A stretch of DNA of 64,000 nt. Source: a virus. The notes under the pieces are model-generated. The model did no database searches and was not told the DNA's origin. It saw nothing but the letters and a program-made list of their open reading frames with translations. Both the position numbers and the translations under genes were made by a program. Positions within the stretch are counted from its first letter, which is position 1; every line of letters begins with the position of its first letter. Where the stretch lies: the IMG/VR virus record IMGVR_UViG_3300018494_000126. One strand, written 5' to 3'. Below are positions 56,646 to 64,000 of this stretch, piece after piece.

Positions 56646-59258
56646 TTAAAACTGTAATACATACCAACTATATTCGTCACCAGCAGCTGTAACAGTAATT
56701 GTATCTACATTTTGTGATTTATGTTTTGCAGTTACGCTAAATTGACCAATATTAGTTCTTCCTAATTCAATCAATAGTGGTTCAGTATTGAAGTTAGATA
56801 ATAACATATAACAACCTGCTTGTGATGCATACTCACTTGAGTAGATAATCGTAAGTTTACCACCAGTGCTTATGTCTATACTTCGACTACCACGATACTG
56901 TGTCTTTGAGCCGACAATATCGTTAGTAGTAGCATTACTATAAACTGGTGACGAAACAAAAGTAACACCCTCTGGAGCAGTAGAGGTCATATCAGATATT
57001 GTAACTACATTATTAGGGCTTGTATCTTTAGGGACAGAGCCAAGAACAGATATTGAGAATGGTGCAAATCCCGCAACTCTTAAATATAAAGTTTTACCAT
57101 CATCAGACCAAGCCCAACCATTTAAAGTATATCCTCTATGGGTGCTACTACCAAAATAAACTGGTTCTGACTTCGGAGTAGAGAACATATACTTTCCAGC
57201 ATAAGGAACATTAAGTTCTAATCCACCAACTCCATTCCCACCTGATGTAATAGTTACATATTTAAAAGATGTATTACTACCAGGCTGATTAAATTGTTTG
57301 ATGTTAATTTTATCAAACTTGTCTTTAAGCATCTGACTTTCAAAAGAACTATAAACATAATCTTTAACAGGAGTACCTGCTGTTCCATCAATGGTAATTG
57401 CTCTTGTATCTATCTCAATGATTGCTTTTCCGTAGCTTGGTATGTGAACCCAAATATCATTATTTGCATCTGCTATAATATAAGCACTATACTCTGCAAC
57501 TAATTCAGATTCATATACGGTTCTTTCTCTTAAAATATAGGAACTTGTATATCTATATCTATTATCTCTAAATAAAGCTGAAAAATATTGCACTGTAGCG
57601 GTAGAGTCTGCCCTACTTGCAGTAAGTTTAATATTACAACCTATTCCTCCTGTTATGGCAGAACAAATTTTGTACCATTTTTCTGTTGATGCACCAGTAT
57701 TGTCAAATGTCTTAACTTGTCTGTTAGCTGTTTGTGCTGCAAGGTCACTTTTAGTAGTAAACACACTTTCAGGTATCAAAGTCATTGCACTTTCTTCAGC
57801 AGGTAAGCTTGTAACTAACTCAGGAGCAGTTGCCAAACCTGTCATAGTGAAGGAAGCATAATTATAAAACTTCAAATAGTAATATTCATCGGTAGGATAA
57901 TAATATAACTCTCCTATTTTTGTATGTACTACAGATGGAACTTGTGTTGCATCATATGAACTCCAATCGCCATAACTAAGTCTAACAACTTTTACTGTTT
58001 TATAATCTGGATTAGAGACAGACTTACTTGCACCAAGAATTTCTATTTTTCCACCATATATATCAGCAACAGAAATTGCAGTTACACTTGGCTTGAATTT
58101 AACATATTTTACATTACCAGATTGAGTATCAAAACTATAAGTAACAGCATTTTTTATCTTATTTGCTGAAAATGTGCTTGTTGTAGAAGTAAGGTCTGTA
58201 TCATCAATAAGATTTTCTACATCACTCTTTAATTCCTCAATAACTTCATATGTTGAAATTTCAGAATCACCGTGATTTGTGTCAAGGCCACTCAATAGAG
58301 CACCTGATTCATTAGTTGTAATAATGTAATCAACATCTGATTCTACAGTACCATCTGTTTCCATCTGTTTATATTCTTCAAATGTACACTCAACAAATTT
58401 CTTCTCGTATCCCTCTAAAGAAGTATCTACATATTCAGTGAGTGCGTCATTTCCATCTGTAATAGTCTGAGTGACTTCCTCAAACTTAGTGTTTATCTTA
58501 CTGCTTGACCAAGTTTTATCCTCAAAAATTTCTTCATCAGTATCATCAATTTTATTATCTGTGTACTGTTGAAGAGAAGTAGTAAGGTCATTATCTACAT
58601 ATTCTCTTAATTCATCGTTTTTGTCTGTGTAGTCTTGGATTACTTCTTCAAACTTTGCTTTTACAGTCTTGTTTGCAATTGCATAATCAGTATCAGCTAA
58701 TTCAGTGTCGACACGTAATGCATTGATATAAAACCAACCATAGACCTCGACATCTTGTTTCTTATAATAAGTTTCATTAGGGTCAAAAGTAGTACCATCG
58801 CCGAGTAAAACTACTTCTAAATATTCCCCATCACGAAGAATATAATATGTTCCTGTTGATGTTTCTGTACACACAGTTTCAACATAATTAATAGTATTTG
58901 ACAATCTTGATTCGTAGAAATAACCTTTCTTAAATCCAGTCGTCAAATCATCTTCACCAACATACTGTACAACCTTGCCCTTATATCTATCATCGTCAGC
59001 AGAAGTAGTAGGGTCTGAAATCTGAAAGTCAGAACCAAAGATAAGTTCTTTCCAATATCCCATTTCAGAAATTTCATTTGTATCAAGCCATTGGAAGTAT
59101 TTCTGTTCGCTGTCTACCCATCCAATAGCTCCGTTTTGTAAATTTGCGATAGGCTCGGAAGCCATTGTCGCTATATCAGGGAATGACAAAATACCGTCAC
59201 CACCTAAAGTTAAAATCTGATTATTCAGATTAATATATCTAACTTTTTTATCAGCCAT
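56646..59258 (-). CDS. large tail fiber / receptor-binding protein
   Basis: 870 aa; acidic repeat-like middle; contains the same YGDW...YYYPTDEYYYL...ELVTSLPAEESAMTLIPES module. Confidence 0.7.
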   Translation of the reverse strand: MADKKVRYINLNNQILTLGGDGILSFPDIATMASEPIANLQNGAIGWVDSEQKYFQWLDTNEISEMGYWKELIFGSDFQISDPTTSADDDRYKGKVVQYVGEDDLTTGFKKGYFYESRLSNTINYVETVCTETSTGTYYILRDGEYLEVVLLGDGTTFDPNETYYKKQDVEVYGWFYINALRVDTELADTDYAIANKTVKAKFEEVIQDYTDKNDELREYVDNDLTTSLQQYTDNKIDDTDEEIFEDKTWSSSKINTKFEEVTQTITDGNDALTEYVDTSLEGYEKKFVECTFEEYKQMETDGTVESDVDYIITTNESGALLSGLDTNHGDSEISTYEVIEELKSDVENLIDDTDLTSTTSTFSANKIKNAVTYSFDTQSGNVKYVKFKPSVTAISVADIYGGKIEILGASKSVSNPDYKTVKVVRLSYGDWSSYDATQVPSVVHTKIGELYYYPTDEYYYLKFYNYASFTMTGLATAPELVTSLPAEESAMTLIPESVFTTKSDLAAQTANRQVKTFDNTGASTEKWYKICSAITGGIGCNIKLTASRADSTATVQYFSALFRDNRYRYTSSYILRERTVYESELVAEYSAYIIADANNDIWVHIPSYGKAIIEIDTRAITIDGTAGTPVKDYVYSSFESQMLKDKFDKINIKQFNQPGSNTSFKYVTITSGGNGVGGLELNVPYAGKYMFSTPKSEPVYFGSSTHRGYTLNGWAWSDDGKTLYLRVAGFAPFSISVLGSVPKDTSPNNVVTISDMTSTAPEGVTFVSSPVYSNATTNDIVGSKTQYRGSRSIDISTGGKLTIIYSSEYASQAGCYMLLSNFNTEPLLIELGRTNIGQFSVTAKHKSQNVDTITVTAAGDEYSWYVLQF

Positions 59259-59275
59259 TTCTGACTCCTTTCCAA

Positions 59276-60262
59276 TTAAGTTTCAAATATATTTATTGTT
59301 TGTGTTGACTCATTATATTCAATAGAATCCATAGTCAGCTTATTCAAATACAATGTTTCACTTGGCTCATCGTATTCGCATTGTTTAATATCTCCATTAC
59401 CAATAACCAATTCCATAGTTCCATCTGGTAGGAGAGTGAAAGCCAAGTTTTCATCAGAACTTACGTCTACTAAACACCTGTAAAGAGAGTGACTTTCCAC
59501 ATACATTTCACCCATAACCAATGGGATACCAGCTTGATATGGTTGGTGCTGTTTTTCAATCTCATTACTTACTTTTTCAGAAGACCAAACCTCAGAATTA
59601 GAAATACCATCATCGTTAATTTGTACTTCTGTTGAACCTAGATAACCACTAAATACCCAACCAAGATTTCCTTCATCATCTACAGTACCGTAAATATACT
59701 TTGTTTTTTGGTTTCCAAAATCTTCATCGTTCTCAACTGTTACGAAGTCATTAACAACAGCTCCAGTAATAGTATCAAGCGAAGCCCTGTCAGGATAATA
59801 ACCTCGATACGTCAATTCTCCACGTACTGATTTCAAGGCATTATATACACCTTTAGCAGTTATTGGATTTTCAGATTCCTCAGAAAGTTCATCATCAAGG
59901 TTTTCACCAATAACCAACTTCTTCTGAAGTGTATTAATTTGACCAGTAATAATACGGTTTTCAACTGGATTTTGCGAAGTATCGGATAACACGTTATCAA
60001 CATCAATCTGACTTTCAAACGGTCTAAAATCATCATCAGTCAAACCAGTACTCATAGTGCCATCAGGTAATTGATGTTTTGAGAACACGTAATATTTATT
60101 CTCTGTTTCAACAAATACTTTCATGCCGAGATAACGACAAGAAACAGGGTATTGTGTTAATACTTCTTCAATAGTGTTTGCAGTAGCACGAGAGTCAAGA
60201 CTATATGGGGCTCTAAGGCTAAGTGGGGCAGACACTTGACTTCCGACTAAAAACTTTGCCAT
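59276..60262 (-). CDS. tail/baseplate-associated protein
   Basis: 328-aa ORF in tail operon. Confidence 0.5.
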   Translation of the reverse strand: MAKFLVGSQVSAPLSLRAPYSLDSRATANTIEEVLTQYPVSCRYLGMKVFVETENKYYVFSKHQLPDGTMSTGLTDDDFRPFESQIDVDNVLSDTSQNPVENRIITGQINTLQKKLVIGENLDDELSEESENPITAKGVYNALKSVRGELTYRGYYPDRASLDTITGAVVNDFVTVENDEDFGNQKTKYIYGTVDDEGNLGWVFSGYLGSTEVQINDDGISNSEVWSSEKVSNEIEKQHQPYQAGIPLVMGEMYVESHSLYRCLVDVSSDENLAFTLLPDGTMELVIGNGDIKQCEYDEPSETLYLNKLTMDSIEYNESTQTINIFET

Positions 60263-60276
60263 TATCTCACCCCCAT

Positions 60277-60747
60277 TTATTCTTCAACAACACTAATAAT
60301 ATTGTTCGCGTTCATTTTCTTTAAAACATTATTCTTCATGTGTTCTGCCTGCTCCGCATAGCCCAAAATTGATTGTTCATAACGTTTAATCATATCATTG
60401 TGCTGATTCATAATCTGAACATTGCTCATTTGCAATTCTTCGCATTTCTTAATAAGTCTGTCATTATTATCACGAAGCATCTGAAGTTGAGTTTCATGTT
60501 CCACGTCAGCAGTATTAGATTTAATTGCCGCAGCTTCAGCATTTTCTTTCATTTCTTTGATTGCGTCACATAACGAATCATATTTATTTTCTAATACATC
60601 TTTTTCAGATTTTATTTTATTTAATTCTGTAACGATATTCTTCATATTTTCATATAAAGAAGCAATCGTTTCATTTGTTCTATTTAATTCCTCGGTAAGA
60701 GTGGCGACACTCGTTTCCAAGGAGTTAATTTTCTTTCCATCAAACAT
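60277..60747 (-). CDS. coiled-coil protein
   Basis: 156 aa, heptad-rich E/K/N composition. Confidence 0.5.
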   Translation of the reverse strand: MFDGKKINSLETSVATLTEELNRTNETIASLYENMKNIVTELNKIKSEKDVLENKYDSLCDAIKEMKENAEAAAIKSNTADVEHETQLQMLRDNNDRLIKKCEELQMSNVQIMNQHNDMIKRYEQSILGYAEQAEHMKNNVLKKMNANNIISVVEE

Positions 60748-60760
60748 TTGTCATTTCCTC

Positions 60761-61600
60761 CTACCAACTGAATTTAATTTCAAAGTTATCTAATATGGCC
60801 TCGGTTTTTGCTACATAAACATAGTAATCGACCATATTGCCGTCCAAACATTCTATCTGTAATTCTTGAACATCATAATTAGTAATTAACTCAATCTGAT
60901 TCAACACATCAAGAACACTTTTAAGTTGTCCATAGTTTTTGGGATAAGCAAATACTGGACGTAATAAAATGTCGTTGGATGTATAAGCCAGAGTAACCGC
61001 ACTCTTAGGTTTGATTACTTTCTGTCCACTAATAATATCTGCTTCTTCTAAAGTGGTAACAGTAGTATCAACATAGCTTGCATACATAGGGTATACAAAA
61101 TTCCATTTGATAGATTTGCTACTTATTAAACCTTCAAGGTCAGTCGCTTTTACAGTTATAGTCTGTGTATCGCTAATAGATAATTCACCATTATGTTCCC
61201 AAGGGCTAGTAGTAATACTCGTTGTAAATTCGGCAATAGATGGGGTAGAAGTGATTTCTACTTTTTTAATATCGTAACTCTGTTTAATTGCTTCAATATC
61301 CAATGTTATATCTTTTACTTCACCGATTTCATATGTACCGCTTTCTGCGAGAGAAGAAGTAAATTTAATAGATGGTGGAAATTTAGCTACTAAAATTTGT
61401 TCTAAAACATCTGCACATTCTACAGATTCGAACTTTGTGCCAGACTTTAAAGCACCGACTTCAACGCTAGTAGTAAAATCACAAGTTTTTGAACCAATAC
61501 GTTCTCCGTCAAGAGCAAGATAAAATGAACCATCTTCATTTTCTTCAAGAGTCATATGTGAAATCATTTCAATTTCTGCATTTGATAATCCATTGGGCAC
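60761..61600 (-). CDS. tail/baseplate-associated protein
   Basis: 279-aa ORF in tail operon. Confidence 0.5.
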   Translation of the reverse strand: MPNGLSNAEIEMISHMTLEENEDGSFYLALDGERIGSKTCDFTTSVEVGALKSGTKFESVECADVLEQILVAKFPPSIKFTSSLAESGTYEIGEVKDITLDIEAIKQSYDIKKVEITSTPSIAEFTTSITTSPWEHNGELSISDTQTITVKATDLEGLISSKSIKWNFVYPMYASYVDTTVTTLEEADIISGQKVIKPKSAVTLAYTSNDILLRPVFAYPKNYGQLKSVLDVLNQIELITNYDVQELQIECLDGNMVDYYVYVAKTEAILDNFEIKFSW

Positions 61601-61778
61601 TGGAATATTAAGAATGGTATTGTCATTACAACGGAATACAATACACCTAGTATCACCGTCATATGTAGCAGTGGATACACCAGTAGCAACACCTTTTATT
61701 TTTTTTAAAAGTAAACTATATGTAATAATGTCGATGATGATGCACCGCCTTTCTTTAGTATTTTATATATTATTTTAT

Positions 61779-63182
61779 TCACATAATAAAAGAGTCATTA
61801 ATTAACGACTCTTTGTTTCTACCCAATATTTTTTGTTGTTCTTCCACAGGAATTTTTAAAAAATCTTCATAATACATCCACACTAAGGGAGTACCATCAG
61901 CAAGTTTTCCACAAAAATTATGTTTACCATTACACACACCAGATATAGTAGATTTGCTTTGTATATTGTAATATAACGCACCATCTTTAATTGCATTAAA
62001 TATTTTACCAGTGGTAATACAAATAACTTTTTTGTTATGTGTGTTGGCATTGAAAACAATTTCTTCTCCGTTTTCTATTTTATTTAGATAGTCTTTATAA
62101 AACATCCATTGAAGAGGAGTTCCATCTTGTAATTTTCCAGCAGAAAAATTATTTCCTTTGCAAACTTTAAGTATGCGTCCATGCCAATTTTCATGATTAA
62201 AGTATTTAGCAGCGCTCAACGCACTATCAAATATTTGATTTGTGGTAATACAAATGACTGTTCTTTGTTTTTTTAATTCATTACACCAATCCCAATATCT
62301 TTCCAAATCTTCTTCGGTCATATCTTTATATTCAGAATAATATAAAAAATGTTTTCCTTTATGACTTCTCAATTTTTTATTACAACAACCATAAATTCCA
62401 CCATGATATATATCACCTAAATCAATCATAAATTCGTTTGCAGTTTTAATTTCTTTTGTATCTAAACAAATAATTTCAGAACTGGCAAGAAGTTCTCCGT
62501 CGTATTTCTTTAATTTAACTAATGCATCCCCTAGCCATTTTTCATAATCAGACCTAGTGCAATAACCTTTATTTTTAACTCCAAAATTTTCACGATGCCA
62601 TTTATGAAAAGAATCATGACACGCTGAACATATTGCCAATGCTTGTGTTTGGTCTGTTCTATATTCTGGAAATCCCGCATATCCAAATAAATGATGTACA
62701 TCTGTTGCCGATTTACCACAACATTGACAAATATATTTATCTCTAGCCATTACAGATTTTACAAAATCCTTGTATTCTGGGTAATTTCTTTCATTTATTC
62801 TTTCTTCTCGCGTTTTATACGATTTCCAGTTCCAATGATTTTCACCGCTATTTAACACTTTTGGTGCACAATTTTGACAATATATTTTCCCTTCATGATT
62901 TTGTCTAGTATAAGCACCATATGTTAAATCATAATTTTTATTACAACAATCGCATTGCACATTTACACGTACTTCACTATTAGGTAATAAATCACTTGTT
63001 TTAACTTTTATTTTTGTGCCCCATTTTACATAAGATTTACCACTTTTATTTGTAAATTCTGGAATTTCATATCCTAAATTTTGATAATGAATCAAATTTG
63101 AACTATTTATTCCAGCTTCAACTTCTTTTGTAATTAATCCCATTATTATTCCTCGTATTTCCTCGTATTTAGATATAATCAA
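61779..63182 (-). CDS. free-standing HNH endonuclease with tandem DNA-binding repeats
   Basis: HNH motif CQCCGKSATDVHHLFGYAG...ICSACHDSFH; two tandem ~45-aa repeats (VICITT.QIF...GKL.DGTPL.WM.Y.D.L). Confidence 0.75.
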   Translation of the reverse strand: MIISKYEEIRGIIMGLITKEVEAGINSSNLIHYQNLGYEIPEFTNKSGKSYVKWGTKIKVKTSDLLPNSEVRVNVQCDCCNKNYDLTYGAYTRQNHEGKIYCQNCAPKVLNSGENHWNWKSYKTREERINERNYPEYKDFVKSVMARDKYICQCCGKSATDVHHLFGYAGFPEYRTDQTQALAICSACHDSFHKWHRENFGVKNKGYCTRSDYEKWLGDALVKLKKYDGELLASSEIICLDTKEIKTANEFMIDLGDIYHGGIYGCCNKKLRSHKGKHFLYYSEYKDMTEEDLERYWDWCNELKKQRTVICITTNQIFDSALSAAKYFNHENWHGRILKVCKGNNFSAGKLQDGTPLQWMFYKDYLNKIENGEEIVFNANTHNKKVICITTGKIFNAIKDGALYYNIQSKSTISGVCNGKHNFCGKLADGTPLVWMYYEDFLKIPVEEQQKILGRNKESLINDSFIM

Positions 63183-63266
63183 AAGAGGGACGGTAGATAC
63201 GAGGCACTACCATTCATAAGGTTTGCAAGTCCTTTATTATCCCTCTTTATTATTTTCTTGTATTCA

Positions 63267-63521
63267 TTAACTTAATTTTTTCCATCCAAAACTGAATAGT
63301 TCATATATCAATAAATCGCCCCCATCATTACCAACCACGGCAATAGAACCAATTGGAGCAACATGATTAAACTGTTCAAATTCGCCAGTTCCTTGCTTTT
63401 CAGTAGTTGGAAGATACTGAATTTCGTCTTCAGTATCTAATACAAATTCCATAATTGTAGCGTTCATCTTTTCGCCAAATTTGGAACACAGTACAGCCAT
63501 AACACTACCTCCTTTTTGCAT
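63267..63521 (-). CDS. hypothetical protein
   Basis: 84-aa ORF immediately downstream (on minus strand) of the integrase. Confidence 0.4.
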   Translation of the reverse strand: MQKGGSVMAVLCSKFGEKMNATIMEFVLDTEDEIQYLPTTEKQGTGEFEQFNHVAPIGSIAVVGNDGGDLLIYELFSFGWKKLS

Positions 63522-63552
63522 TAAAAAAGAGAGTCCGAAAACTCTCTTTTAG
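63520..63552 (-). terminator. rho-independent terminator (minus strand) after the integrase
   Basis: AAGAGAGT-CCGAAA-ACTCTCTT hairpin, T-run on the minus strand. Confidence 0.5.
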
Positions 63553-63558
63553 GTTTAT

Positions 63559-64000
63559 TAAGCTGCATATATATTATGTGCCATAATTGTTTTACTAATA
63601 GGGTTATCCAGATAATGCTTCTGCGTAGTCGCAAAGCTTTCGTGTCCTAATAATTGCTGGATAACGGCTGGTTCTACACCTTTTTTATTAAGGTCGGTAG
63701 CAAACCAACGTCTAAAACAATGCACAGTAATTTGCGGTAAATTGGCACGTTTACCTACTGTTTTAATTATCTGTTGTACGGATTCTTTTCTAAGCTGATA
63801 ATGAGGAGAGTGAGAAGAGCAGAAGATATAATTACTAGAACCGTGAGAAGGGTCTTCTATATATTCTAATAAATGTTTCTTACAACGTGTACTGAATGGT
63901 ACGATACGGTCTTTGCCGCCTTTCCCATGAATTAATATAGTTCTCTGTTCCCAATCTATTTCATCTATACGAATTTTTGGGACTTCACTTACTCGAAGAC
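63559..64000 (-). CDS. tyrosine recombinase/integrase, C-terminal part (continues beyond window)
   Basis: Reverse-strand translation ends ...HCFRRWFATDLNKKGVEPAVIQQLLGHESFATTQKHYLDNPISKTIMAHNIYAA*; classic HxxR ... LLGH ... Y box II. Confidence 0.8.

Noticed and set aside
55090-59258. Diversity-generating retroelement targeting the tail fibers
   Set aside because: No reverse transcriptase ORF and no template-repeat/variable-repeat pair with adenine-specific mismatches seen. The shared module is better explained by recombination.
1-64000. CRISPR array
   Set aside because: No regularly spaced direct repeats of 25-40 bp were found. The repeat clusters seen (41680-41931) are short arm-type sites.

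Overview
The window looks like one continuous phage or prophage genome segment from a low-GC (Firmicute-type) host. It is visibly AT-rich, has AGGAGG-type ribosome-binding sites, and carries a PBSX/SPbeta-style late module. No host housekeeping genes are evident.

Layout:
- About 1 to 41.5 kb is almost entirely plus-strand early, replication and nucleotide-metabolism genes. These include two sigma-70 paralogs flanking a tyrosine recombinase, an AAA_24 ATPase, DnaB-like helicase, DnaG-like primase, Cas4-like PD-(D/E)XK nuclease, tRNA-Gln, an SPFH protein, DnaE, a RecD-like helicase, an NDT-like enzyme, anaerobic RNR NrdD, dUTPase, DUF488, a PARG-like macrodomain, two metallophosphatases, a Crh/HPr-like protein plus GMP-kinase-like pair, and a SleB-like hydrolase.
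- DnaE and NrdD are each interrupted by homologous group I introns. The NrdD intron carries an HNH homing endonuclease.
- 41.3 to 45.8 kb is a lysogeny and moron junction: excisionase-like HTH, terminator, tRNA-Thr (minus), an attP-like block of phased direct repeats, a large tyrosine integrase, and a clear Ku homolog.
- 45.8 to 64 kb is the minus-strand late arm: lysis cassette (multi-domain endolysin, papain-like peptidase, holin), XkdV/W-like tail proteins, a six-member family of small paralogous ORFs in alternating orientation, two large tail fibers sharing an exchanged module, baseplate-like proteins, a free-standing HNH endonuclease with tandem repeats, and a third tyrosine recombinase (partial).
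- A family of strong sigma70-type promoters (TGAACA, 17 bp spacer, TGTATAAT) recurs five times.

No CRISPR array and no reverse transcriptase were seen.
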